From contig JAYWIR010000028.1 in the NCBI GenBank assembly GCA_036172245.1, forward strand, positions 2,790,001 to 2,854,000: a stretch of 64,000 bases of DNA. Direction: 5' to 3'. The stretch is from Raillietiella orientalis (Eukaryota). The translations under genes and the position numbers were made by a program. The stretch's first letter is position 1, and each line of letters opens with the position of its first letter. The notes under the pieces were generated by a model. The model ran no database searches and was not told the origin of the DNA. It saw only the letters and a program-made list of their open reading frames with translations. Shown here piece by piece: positions 1-12,149 of this stretch.

Positions 1-276
1 GATCCTGTCGCTAATTTGACGGATCTCTTACAATTGAGCATTCAGTGGGCCCAGTTCGAAGAGGGCGGTTCCTGTAATTTTCTGCGACGAATCACGTTTC
101 CCTCGCCGCTTACGGAGCTCTTCGTGAGAACATCCTAAAGAGCATCCAAGAGCAAAGTCCCGCTCCTCTGACAGCCTCTAGCGAGACTCTCCGAGAGCAC
201 TTGACGTGCAAGGGGAGGCTTCTTCTTTCTTTCGCCTCCTCGCCGTCTCCTTCGGGAGCTTCCTTCCCCTCTCCAG

Positions 277-2842
277 CGTGAGCAGCTCCTTCCTTCCATG
301 CATCCCACGAAGGCAAAACGTTCCAAGGAAAACGTTTCTTTCAGCATCCGGAAGGAACATCCTCTAGCAATGTCTGCGACATCTGAATCTTTTTCCAATG
401 GAACACACGACACTGAATTCCCTCTGTGGGACCCGCTCAAGAGACGCAGCGTCCCACAGGGTAACTAGGACGAGAGCTGTGTGACTGGGTGTCAGAGGTC
501 GCTTCGGACTCCGAAACCGGCCCCTATGCATCTCGCCGATGGGTGGAAGGACATCCTCTGATCCCACGAGCTCGTTGCTCCTTCAGTCAGCACAGGGTCT
601 TCTGCTCTAGCTGAAGCAACTCGGAAGCGGGTGAGTCTGCTCGGGTAGCGAGCGCAGCCATCCAATCTGGGCGCTGACCAAGCTCGATGCTTCCCTTTCA
701 GGTCTTCCGCTCGGTTTCTCTGTCCGTCCCGCATGAAAAACCTGTCCTGGCTACTGCGGAACCAAGGCGGCTAACCCCTTTCCCTTGTCCCCTTCCCTCT
801 TTCCTTTCCCAGGGTTCTTTGTTCGTCCCTTCCTTCCTGGCTTCCCAGCAGTCCGAAGAACGGCGAGTTGCTCAGAGACCTGCACACATGCAGGCAGTAA
901 ATATGGAGAGGGTGGAGGCGCGCATCCAACATCCACCTCAACAGGGAAGTACACTGAGGGAGCACCTTGGGCTATGGTCAGCAGCGGGCCTGAATAAGGT
1001 TGACAAGATGGCGGCTGTTGAGAAAAATCCCCTTCCCCGGAACGTTAAGCGCATGCTCCGAAATCGAAGAAAATAGTTTACTGGCTTCTCGAAAGATGCC
1101 GGAACCGTGGATCGTCCTAACACCAAGCCGACTTTTCCTGCCCTTCAGTTCCATCCTGCGAGGTATGGACTGCACGAGCATACCCGACAAGCGAAGAACG
1201 GGAAGGGGAGTGGGAGGCTTCTAATATGGGAATCCGGTCCTCTGGGAAGGAATCCGGGATGGACCTGGCTTGTTCCACTGTCCGCGGGTGGACTGGCTCT
1301 CCAGCGGGCTGGATTTCCTCTTTTGGAGGGTGCGTCCGTGCTGCAACCGGTCAGCACCGAGACGGCGAGACCTTCAAACGGATGGGACGGCCGCAGCCTC
1401 CGACCGAGCGTGTCACGGCGGCGAATCCCCTCAGCCACCGGTGAGGCTCGGAGAGAGGCCCGTCAAGCCTCATCGAAATCGCGAAGGCGAGGGTCCTTCG
1501 TGGGAAAGTGTGCGCGCGCAAAAAAAAATAAAAGGATGGAGGGGAGAGGGGATGGAACTGTCCCCCTTTTCGGGTTTTCGGCTCGCCCTGCGGAGCGATC
1601 GGGGAAGAAGGGGAACTTCCAAGGACGGTCCCTCTCCGCGGCCCCAGCTGCCCGCACTCCATGATCCCCTGCTGCAAACGCCAGAGCGAAGGGAGAGGGA
1701 GAGCACACATATGGTCGGCGGAACTTCCTGATGGCACCGAGTTGGGACGCTTCCTGGAGCCTCTTCCGGTGATATCCCAGCCCATTTGACCCGAGACTCC
1801 GGGGTTAAAGGAGGGGGAGAGCGAGGGGAAGGAGAGCGAGCTTTCAGGAATCTTCCCGTCTGCCAGGCATAAATTCCTCGCGGAGTCATACAGGCGAGAG
1901 AGACGACGATCGGGAAACGCGATACCGCAACACACGTCGGGGCAGGGCGGCTCAAGCCCTCTGCGAGACACAAGCAGTCTCCAAAGGGGTCTTTCCGCGT
2001 GCAGTCGGCACGCATGAGCACGCGCGTTTCATGATACGATTCTCGCGCGGATGCGCGAGGCACGCCCGCATCTGTTCTGCGCTTGCTCTCTCCTTCCTCG
2101 GCCCCAGGAGTCCAGGGATGGTGGCCGGGAGCGTTCACGGGACTCCGTTTTGGTTTCGCATGTCGGTTCCCCCTCCTTTCCAGCGAATTCGTGGAGCCTT
2201 CACTCCGAGGAGTGCGCACGGTACGGACGGTCGGATCGACTCCTCCTTCCGACAGACCAGACAGCAGGGAGGGAACAAACAAAACTGCCCTTCCCTCCCA
2301 CCCACCTGCTGCCCGGAATCAGTTGGTTTCCTCTCCCTCCTCCCTCCTTCTCCAGAGAGAAGACTCGGGACGATCCACCTACGGAAGCACCGTCGCGGAG
2401 CGGGAACTTTCGCGTCTCGGGAAGACGGACACGAGTGGCCATCGAAGATCCCTGAGCACAGGGAAGGGGCAACCCACCACCTCGCCCTCAAACCCCTGAA
2501 TCCATTCACTCTGTTTGGTCCTCCTGCCCATCCCACTGCTGTGCGCCCTGGAAGAAACCTTTAGCAGCTATCGTAGCAGGCTGCTGAGCGATACCAGCTC
2601 CCACTCTCCAAAGCCTCCTTCAGAAGGAATTCCTCCAGGGAGCCATCCTCTTCTTCTCCTCAGATCATTCATTTTCAGTCCGCGTCGGAGGCGTTGTGGC
2701 TTCCGCGTGTGGCACCATGAGCCGCGGGTTCGAATACTTCGGCAGAAACTCCGACTCCACTGCGTCGTCGGGTTCCGAGTTTCTCCTGCAAGATGGCGCT
2801 AGTTGGCCGAGACATTCGGGCGTGGCCCCGGCGATGGATTAA
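277..2842 (+). CDS. 3' part of an unidentified multi-exon gene, probably a low-complexity/disordered protein; 5' end unresolved or outside the window
   Basis: Phase-consistent GT-AG exon chain 277-460, 611-630, 813-896, 1149-1162, 1305-1440, 2184-2220, 2679-2842(TAA). It reads REQLLPSMHPTKAKRSKENVSFSIRKEHPLAM...PLWDPLKRRSVPQ AEATRKR GSLFVPSFLASQQSEERRVAQRPAHMQA FHPA SGLDFLFW... RIRGAFTPRSAH VRVGG...GFEYFGRNSDSTASSGSEFLLQDGASWPRHSGVAPAMD*. The frame of the last three exons changes if the 14-nt exon is skipped, so the translation is tentative. No family recognised. Confidence 0.45.
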
Positions 2843-2865
2843 GCCGGAGGTCCCTGATGAAGGCC

Positions 2866-3480
2866 GGAACGATGGGAGTTCACCTTCGGGTCCTCTCAGG
2901 AATAAAGGAGTGGGGAGTTCCCTCTCCTGTCGTGCAACGGAGAGCGGACCCCCCCCACCGGGGGAACCCCTCCGGTTTCAAGATGGAGCAGGAGCCCTCA
3001 CAGGCACCTCTCCAGTTGTTCAAAGGAGCGGACCCTTCCTGTTGCGGGGGGACCCTCCGAGTCGTCGCCTCTTCACAGAGTGTGCACAAGGAAGCAAGCG
3101 AGAGCGATTCCCCTGCGGGAAGCTGCAGCGCCCCTTCTGAGGAAGCGTCCCTTCGGGGTTCTCTTCAGAGGAGTGAACAGGAGCGGTTCCCTTGCGGATT
3201 CCCTCCGGGGAAGAAATTCCTACGAACGGATTCTTTCCGGGTTCCTTTCGGAGAAGTTGAAATGGAGAGGATAGCCCCTCCCCATGGGGGGTGTCCCTCC
3301 GGAGAGAATGAGGAAGGAGATTCCCTTCAAGGTTCCCCTTAGGAGACAACCAGGGTGGGAGGTGCGATCCCCCCCCCGTCCGGATGGGATTCCTCCCCAA
3401 GCGTGAGAGGAACGGACTCCGAGCCCTTCCTGGATTCATAGGGCGGACCCCATTCCGGGGTGCCCCCCTGCGGGCTGCTG
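2866..3480 (+). repeat. Degenerate tandem array of about 14 units (mostly 30-55 nt), consensus roughly GGAGCGGAYYCCYT..GGGG.TCCCTCCGG; probably in the 3' UTR of the 277-2842 gene
   Basis: Example units: gagagcggacccccccc..ggggaacccctccgg (2940), ggagcggacccttcc..ggggggaccctccga (3025), ggagcggttcccttgcggattccctccgg (3180), gaacggattctttccgggttcctttcgg (3224), gggcggaccccattccggggtgccccc (3441). Confidence 0.7.
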
Positions 3481-3901
3481 CGGGCGGAGGGGCGTGGAAA
3501 CAAAGCAGTGTGTTTAATGTTTAAAAAGAGCCACGTGCGCCGCGAGGCACGCGACCGGCTCTGAGGTACTTAGCGAACCAAAAAAAAGGAAACTCTTAAA
3601 AAAAAAAAGCTGAAAGAAAAACAGCATACAGAAGAAAAAAGAAGAACCCAAGGATTTCCATCGTCCTAGGTCAATAGTAAGGATCTCCTCGTGGGAGTCA
3701 ATTTTCAGTGCATGTTCGGAGAGGAGGGAGGGAACTCCACAGTCTCCACCATTTCCATGTTATTCTGCCCAAGGCTTGTTGACAGTTGTGCATCAGCTCT
3801 GAGTAATCTGAAATGGGCTCCCAGTCCTAGTTTGCTAAATCCTGGAGCCCACGCCACTCTCTTCTTCAGGTTTTCTGCATGCTCTCGAGGCTTACTTAGG
3901 T

Positions 3902-3935
3902 CGAGTGTTCAAGAGGAATACCTCTTGAACACTTG
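3902..3935. repeat. Perfect 13-bp inverted repeat (hairpin with 4-nt loop)
   Basis: agtgttcaagagg (3904-3916), loop aata, cctcttgaacact (3921-3933); extends by one G-U and one C-G pair. Confidence 0.85.
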
Positions 3936-6368
3936 TTCTGCTTCTCGAGTCCCAGGGTCTAAGGAATTCTACCACTCGGGCTCTTACCGAAGCTGGCACT
4001 CCTCTGGCAGCGGAGGGGAAAGGCAGTTTCCCGCTTTGGTCCCTTTTCTATGCCGTGCTTCTTCTGGTGCTGTCGCCACATTCTCGCATGCACAAGCAAG
4101 ATGGTGCAACGTGTTTCCCAACTCCAGGTCCGGGCGTTCCGAAGCGAGTGAGTCATCTTGTCAGTCCGGGAGGAGTGTCTAGTGGTCTCCCAGCGTCAGT
4201 TGGTTTGAGGACACCAGCTCCCGCCTTCGGCTAGAAGAGTTGAGATTTCGAGCGCAACGGGTAAAGGTGTGCGTCAGAAACTCTGCCCATGTTGAGCATC
4301 TCCTGCGCATATCCACCCACGCCGCTTTTTGTGGGCATCGCTTGCGCGGGCAACAGAATGAATCGCGCCGCGTGTATAAAGGCGTGGGGGTGGAGAATCG
4401 CTGGTGGTTCCCAGTATACAGGAAGTGGCTGGACGCTGGACTCCCATTGTATATTGGAACGTGCGCATCCCAGAGATCAATTCTTGCCATCAAACGTGTC
4501 TACTGAAGGTGAATCCGCTGATCGTCATTTCGGGTTCACCATCTTCAGAGGTGCAGAGCGCTTTGATCCTCCACTCGGAGCTAGACTAGTCTCTGCCCGA
4601 ATGTTGCTTACGTCATTACTCGGTTTAGTCATCTTTTCGGATATGATACCCATGGACTACCAGAAATGAACACCCCTAGCTCTACGTATGAGTTTGCCCA
4701 ATCGGATTTCTTTTCGCAAACACCACTCGGAGAGTGGTCCAGGAGAGTTTCAGGACGCCTTGATCCGGAAACAGTTAGAACCTTGAGCATGCTGAAAAAT
4801 GGGACTGCAGCGAATCAACAGCAACGTGTATGTACAAGAACATCCCCGAGCAGCTCAAACCTGCTCACGGGATCTTTTCGAAACTGAGACCACGAGAGAA
4901 TCAGCAGAGATATGCGATTCGCCTTTTTGTATCTCCGAAACACTCATCACTTCTGGAGCAGCAGCGACACAGCAGGAGTCCTAACTGGAACACGAACTGA
5001 GGAGAGAGAAGTCTCTGTCCTTCCAGTGGCCATCCACAATTACTCCTTTCGAAGAGGTCTTTTTCCTCGTGAAGATCGCAGTCTGCCTTGGACTACGGGG
5101 CGCAAAATTCCTCCGAGTTGTGTGAAAAGCGTGCAGCGTTCTCCGGCATGCCACCGGTGTCTTTCCAGATCGCTGACCTCAGGACCTCTGTTCGGAACCC
5201 CTCGGTTCCCCTCGGTTATCGTCAGTTCTTCGAGAACGGGTTGTTGAAGAGTTCTCACGGAATCATGGGAAAGCAGGTACTTTATCTTTTTCTTTCTCTC
5301 TCTCGACAAGCCTACTTAGAGAGCCGGTCACGGAGCCGAACTGGACAGCAGGAGCATGACGAGACCGACATCTTCGTTTGAGTTTTCCTGAAGAGTCTCC
5401 GTCGCATTCGCCCTCAAGCGACGCTACCTGAAAAGGACGGAAGCGAATCCTTCCAATGAAATCAGCGCCCTTCGGAGTTGTGACACACACTGAAAGCTGA
5501 CTGCAGCAGTTCGGTCAGTGCTCCTTCGTTTAATGATAAAGTGCGACGGTTCTCCTTGGGTGCATCGCGCATTAATTTTACACATGGCCTGTCGTATCTT
5601 CTGCTTTTCTGGATGCTGTTCGGTGTGCGAAAACGGAACTGCCTTAAACCTTTTTCCTGTTTCGGAGCGATGACAAAGACCCTCACCAAATGCCCTCCGT
5701 CCACTTCAACACATCGGTCCTCCACGAATTTGCTTTGTTCGATGGCTCCTTCATTTACACAACTGCCATACACGCCGTAATTCTTATCGATGAAGTCTTA
5801 CAAGTCAACAGCTCTATTAATTTCGGCCGCATTTACGGAAACGGTTTTGCAGCCTCGATTTCCTTCAAGGTCATTCAAAGGTGGGCTCTTTCAAAACCTC
5901 AGCATGGTTGCCACCTTCCCTCTTGCATAATTTTTTTTCGAGATATTTAGGACGAAGCAATTTCTGAAAAGATGATGCGGAGTACATTCCTACTTTCGAT
6001 TCCCTGCAAGATCAAGCCGTTCCATTCGAGAGAACGAAAGATCGCCGTCGTCTCTGATTCATGCCTTTTCTTCTTTCGTTCCTTGAGGCGCTCTTCGTCA
6101 CTGCGCTACCCAAATGCCTCACATCCGTGTTTAACGGGTTCATATCACTGATTCCGCAAAGGCCTTGGAAGAAAATGCTACCTGCTTCCACGTCTCGGAT
6201 TAGCAAGCGCTGTTGCCTCGGCTGGCTGTCATTAGTGCTCCGTTACGGTCGTCTCATCGCTGTCGGAAACTCGCATCGTCACCTTCGAGATTCTGATTCT
6301 GAAGAAATCATGTTTCAGAGGTCTTTCAAGACTGCAGAAAGCAGAGCCGATCACCAATGTCGTGGTTT

Positions 6369-6439
6369 TCAGCTTTTCCAAGAGCTACCCCCTTACAAGG
6401 GGGTTCACCCTTACAAGGGGGTAGCTCTTGGAAGGCTGA
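6369..6439 (+). ncRNA. Pre-miRNA-sized hairpin (candidate small-RNA precursor or structural element)
   Basis: 19 consecutive Watson-Crick pairs, ttccaagagctaccccctt (6376-6394) with aagggggtagctcttggaa (6415-6433), plus a G-U, a 1-nt bulge and 5 more pairs; 20-nt loop. The structure is certain; ncRNA status is inference. No match to a miRNA I recognise. Confidence 0.35.
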
Positions 6440-9400
6440 CGAGTTTCAGACCTTTGGAGGCCTTCAGACTCTTTTCCAGCCTTTAAAAGATCTTTCACAA
6501 GGACAAACGTGGCTGAGACGGCAGCACCTGCGACCATTTCGATTTCGATGCCATCACCACGTGCTTTTACTTGCGTGGCTCATTAGTTTCCTCAAATTGC
6601 AGCTCCTGTTCTTTTACACTCTCACGACACAGGAATCCTCCAGTTCACGTGTTCCTCTTATTTTCGAAGTGGCAGACAGTTCCTTTCTTCTTCTTCTTCC
6701 GAGAGGGAAAGACGAGAGGAGAAAAATGCTTGATGGTTTCTTCCGATTTTAGATTTCACCTTTCTTGTAACCAGAGAGAGTTCTCTTCTAGAATTCAGTT
6801 TCCACAAGGAGGGAGCAAAGACATCCAGAGATGCATTACGGATGTTCACGTAGGTGCCTTTGGTACAGGATGGCGAGGGAAAATGAGAATTTCGTGAGCC
6901 GTCTAGGGGTGTCGATGACTACTAAGCCCACAAGCACCAGATTCAAGGGTACCACCAACCAGTGCTTGGAGAGAGAGTGTCTTTGAGATGGTTAGGATCT
7001 CTTGACCGAAACGAATTTCCTAATTAAAGTCGGAGGATGTTTCTGCGTGCTAACTGAAGATGCGTCTAATATAGAAATTTGGAGCCCGTTCAGGTCCTTG
7101 GAAAAAATCCAGGAGAGCCTCACTGATTCGCCTTTCCTGAAAACAAAACTGTAGACCCATGTCTTTTCTTCGGTTTCCAAGATCAGGGACGGCGCGAGTT
7201 TTGCTGGAACAAACGGAATGCAATGGGAGGAAACAACTCCAGATGAGTCACACACACTCTTTCATCTCGCCTCTGAAGTAGTCCGCTCGCAGGCGAAGGA
7301 GGGAAGGAAGGGAAGCTGCATTTTTTCGATTTCCTCTCATAATGTTTTTTTTGCGAGTCGGATTCCAAAGTGAGAAAAATTAGCTCCCGCTATAGCGAGG
7401 CCATAGCTATGAGTCGACGAGGCGGGCGCCTGGAGCCTTCCATTAGGAAGCCTGCAGACGGGCAAGTTGAAATGTCCCATAAATCACTATCCCAACTTCC
7501 TGAATGAGAACACGTTCGGAGCGTGAACCAAGGAAGGTGAGGTGGATGGCTATGGCTCCTGTTTATCCACCTGCCTCGCAGCATAGTGGGGATGGACGGC
7601 TCGAAATCTGTAGACCTCTTGCCACCTGTCTTCAGGGAAGCCACAAACTCCGAAGTGAAGCTGCTTCGGCGTCACAAAAATGCCCTCGGGCTCGTTGAAA
7701 CGGTGCAGAGGGATTTTCGCAATCTTTCCAGCTTCCTCTTCGCTGAAGAAGGGCTGGTATGCGCCGTATGTTCAAGGCGGTGCAAGTGGTATAGTGAGGG
7801 GCAGGAAAGAGTTTTTCCGCGCGTGTTCATCCCTGCGTTTCGCATCCATGGATATCCGCTCGGCACGGTAAAACTCCCCCATCGTGCCGGCGCATGGTCC
7901 GCTCGGTCGAAATTCGACGTTTAGTGGAGCCAAGGGAGGAGTTCCTTCTGGTGCATTTTTCCGGCTTAGGTGTGCTCCTGGTCGCCCTAGCCTGTCCGAG
8001 CAGTGGATGTGCTTGCTATGTTGGATGCTGGACGAAACCGCTATCATCTTGAGAAGCTGGTCCGCATACGGTACAGAGATCTTCAACTCTTGAAGGGCAT
8101 CGTCGTTTGGGGGATCTTAGGATGTCAACGCGATAGCGATAACAGCGCGAACTAACTGTTACAGCCTGAGAGAGAAAGGGAGAACGCATGGCCCTAACGT
8201 TTTCCTTTCCTTCCCTTCGTGTGCCGGCTGGGGTGCTTCCGGTGAGCACTCCAGTGGATAGCACGCGTCCAGTATTACACGCAGATCCAGTGCTGAAGAC
8301 GGAATCAGGTCGCCGTGGTCGCTGTACTCCTCTAGGACAGTCCTTTGGTTGTAGTCCAGGTTCTCCCATCGTCTGTGCATACCCGTGTTCGATCAAGGAG
8401 TCTTGCCTCCTTATTCAGAGTGCAAGGTGCACCATGCCATGACTTATGACGCGTGGAAGCGCTTCCATCAGCGACAGGTAAGAGTCGATCTTTCACCTGC
8501 CCCCAAGCTGCTCCTTGGATTGGCATGTAGCTAGATGATCCCACCCACCACTCTCTCAGGTTTGTCTCGATAGGGAGGTTTGCTTCAGGAGGAGCTTTGA
8601 AGTTTCCGTGGACTGCCGCAGCTGCAGATTTTCCGAGAGTCGCAATCAGATCCGATGCGAGCACGCACCTAAGAAGAGGTTATGCAGATGCTGACGTCCT
8701 TTGTCGAGTGCATGGAGCCGAGTCTGTAATGCCCGAAGGGAAGTTGTAATTGAATTCCTGCCATCTAGCTGGGTCAGGAGAATCCCATCGATGATTTCCA
8801 TCGATGGGAGAAGCTTTATCTGAAGAGTCATTGAGGACATCAGAAGCAAGGTGAGGCAAGGGCTGGACAGACACAGGAAATCTGAATGCGGAGTCGGCTT
8901 CACTGCCTTCTAACAGTGGCCTATTTTTTCTAATTGCTGAGGAAGGACAATGGGAGCGAGCTATTCAGCTGAATTAGAAGGAGCTCGAGGGCCGTTCTCC
9001 TTCCCATTCTTCATTTCTTGATAGCAATCTATGCGATCTTGTTTCAAGAAAAGGCTCGAGGAGCTCGCTTGATCGAGGTGGCAGGGAGATGATCGAGTGG
9101 CACCTTGGCAAGGACCAGCCTGAGACAACCCAAGATTTACACGCGCACGGCTTGCCCAAATGGTTCGACCACGTGCGGTGGTCCCCATTCAGCCTTTTCT
9201 GGAGATAGAGCTGGTGCCCCATGGCGAAGGACCGACGATCATACTGTACGTCATGTGTCCCTTTGGGTCTTTCGGTAGTAGTCTAAAAGAGAGGAACAAG
9301 TAGCGAAGATTGGTTCTCCGCTTTGCCTTCAGGAAGGTGACCACGGCTGTGAGAGCAGTCGTCCTAGAATCCATGTGATGAAGAATGACGTAGCAGCTGC

Positions 9401-12149
9401 GAGTAAGTTTAAGGTCACCAAGAGGAAGGAGGAGCGCATCGAAGGAGAAATGGTGCGTTCGAGCATTCAGTCTCCGCAGGTCGCCTCAATTCCAATCTCA
9501 TATAAGACACTCCCGGAGACTCTGCCGACTGAGTTCACAAGGGGCGTGCAACCTGTAAAGAATTCCTCCTGCACACCCTCTACCACTCACATGCAACACG
9601 TACGGAATCAGGCAGTGTCGCGACGAGTTATTCTACAATATCAGGAAGGTGGTGGCAGACAAACGGGAGCTTCTCGACCCCAATCAGTCCACCTCTGGGA
9701 AGGATTTCCAGCCTCCGACCGGATCTGGAACTCCAAAGCAAAGATCGGACCATCGCCCCCCACGCAACTTTCCGATTCGGAGAATGGGAGATGGTTGTCA
9801 TTCGTTGCCTTTTACCAGCCAACGGCTTTGAAAGATGCCAGAAGGACGAAGAGGAGCAACACTGGGGGCCCGTTATGCCCTTCTTCTCCAGAGGATTCTC
9901 CCGCCTTGGTTGGTATACTCATGTCGTGAGATCTCTCGGAGGGTGCGACCCTGTTCCTCCCGAAGATCCCACGAGTCCGTCAGCTGGAGATGGAATGGTC
10001 TCTAGCACCATCCAGCACTCCCACCGAATCTTCTGAGAACATCGGATAAATGTCCATCCTCCAGCGGTGATACACTAAGTGATAACACCGAAAGAGCTGT
10101 ATGAGGAAGCTCCAAGATTGTTGAGAGTTTCCCTCCAAATGATCTGCAAACCCCCCAACAGACATTGTCATTTGTTGTCATTAGTTTAATCAAAACTTAT
10201 TCCGAAGTCCACGTTGTACGGATAGGATCGATCACTGTCCTTGGTATTGGAAGCACCCTCAGACATCATTGCCCCATCACGAGGACGAGTTAGAGATGAG
10301 CTGCGAAGATGGCGGGAATTTCTCGGTAATAGTTCCTCACTTGTTTGTGCTCTCCCTCAGTTTCGGTGGGCGCGTCATTAAAAAGCAATGCGAATACGAA
10401 AGCGGCTGCCATTCCAAAGCGATACTTGGCCGCCCACTTAGCTGCTGCTGTAGCCATGGCAGCGGTGTAACACATGGAAATGATCGATAAGAGCTCAGGT
10501 TTTCAATCCCATGGCCTGAAACGGCAGAGAGCAGCATCACCTGAGCTGAGCATCCGTCGTCCCAAGACCGCTGAAAATCCTCTGTTGGGAAATCTCTTCC
10601 GATTTTCTTTCTTCATTGCATCTTCCTGTTGGCGGCTGTTGAAAGTGGTGAAAGGACGATTAATCGGGCATTACTTTAAAAAGGTCGGGAAGCCTGCCGA
10701 ACCCTCGGAAGGTCCAAGGGGCTTTTGCTCCTCTCTCCAGGCAGTGTCGCTTCGGAATCCCCACGAGGATGAAACATTGGGCCGCAATACGGGCGTAACG
10801 GGAAGTGATCTCTCCATCGTGTGTGCCTCTCCTCGCAGCTTCCGTTCGAAGGCCAGGGGAAAGCCCAGGGGAAAGCACCGATCTCAACCGGAGGAGGGAG
10901 AGCCGAGCAGGGGAGGAGGAGGCATGGTGATAGTGGCGAGGGAGAGGCTTCGCCAGAGAAACCAAGATGACAGGAAGGAGGAGATTTTTGGACTAGGGTA
11001 CGATCGACCTCAGGAAGAAGAAGGGGGTAAAGAGAAAACGAGGCCATTCCAATTCATCGGATAAGCATCGGAAGCGTCTCGATCTCTCTAGGCGCGATCC
11101 CGTGGATGGATCAGCAATTGGGAATAGGAAGTAAGAACGAAAGTTGGCCGACGGAGGAGCGGGGAGGTCATCAGTGGATGGCACGCGCAGGCCGGTAATG
11201 GCCTCATTTGGAAATCATTTCCATGCGGCGAGGATCGCGCTTGAAATGGAATTTACATATGTGTACGTCTTTTTTTTTTTTTTCCTTCTGTGTCGGTCCT
11301 ATACCGAAAGGAATGATAGGGGAAAAGGGTCACACCTGAAGCGTTCGCGGCACGTCGGCGTCCCGAGTTGATGTGTGGCGCAGGTGCGACGCCCGAGCGC
11401 GGTGGCTCGCCAGCTCTCTCGAAGCAGGCGGAGGCTGTCACGGATGGAGCAGAGACGGTCCTTCGACGTGCCGTCTCTGATCGCGCGCGTGCAAACACCG
11501 CGTGGGAGCGAGCACAAGAATGCCATCATCGGTGGAAGACATAAGATGAAAGCCAAGGGTGCGCTCCATCCGCAAGCAGTGGCTCCTCTCCTAGATCGGG
11601 CTCTGCGTTCCTCGTTTGGATGCAGAAGAGCCGCTTGGCAGCATCCCGCACCACCTCCGGGGGGAAAGCCACTGCTTACCGTCCTTCGTAGGGGTGCGTG
11701 CAGACACGATGGGATGGAGACCAAGAGCGTGCGTCCGAAGAGAGCAGCAGGGTGGAACGCTGCGTGCGTACAGCTAATCTCGGAGTCCTCCGAGGCACTG
11801 TCTGCTGAGATCGGCTCTCCCCAGCAGGTTGGAAGGAAGGGGGGGGGGGAAGCGCTGGCATCGCTCTGATTTCGCTACCTCGGTTCGCTTGCTCCTTAGC
11901 ACGCGCGCGCACGCGCGCAGCTCGCATCCCCCCCCCCCTCTTCCTCTTTTCTTTCGTTTTTTCTCTTTCTTTCGAAAGTCCTCCCCCCCCCCGCTTTCGC
12001 CTCCCAGCCGAGCGGACGGTTTCTCCCGAACGGTCAGAGAGCTTTCTGCGGGCTGTGCTGCTGCGCACCGCGTGGTCTCCGCCGTTTCCGCCGCGGTTCC
12101 GCTGCTCTCGGCAGCCGCTGCCTCCGCATGTGTTCGGACTTTACCTGCC

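Noticed and set aside
2866..3480. CRISPR-like repeat/spacer appearance
   Set aside because: Units are highly degenerate and irregular in length, the context is eukaryotic, and no cas genes are present.
7552..8086. In-frame TGA at 7774-7772 (-) between two open stretches (possible selenocysteine or readthrough)
   Set aside because: No selenoprotein motif (CxxU/UxxC), no recognisable family or SECIS, and no supporting exon chain.
3690..11064. Scattered 60-200 aa ORFs as a degenerate transposon or viral insert
   Set aside because: No RT, integrase, transposase or capsid motifs, and no terminal repeats or target-site duplications seen.
11499..11800. Possible - strand first exons divergent from BicDR (donor gtaagc at 11679, acceptor at 11591, MERTLGFHLM...)
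   Set aside because: Could not be linked to any downstream phase-consistent exon chain; insufficient support.
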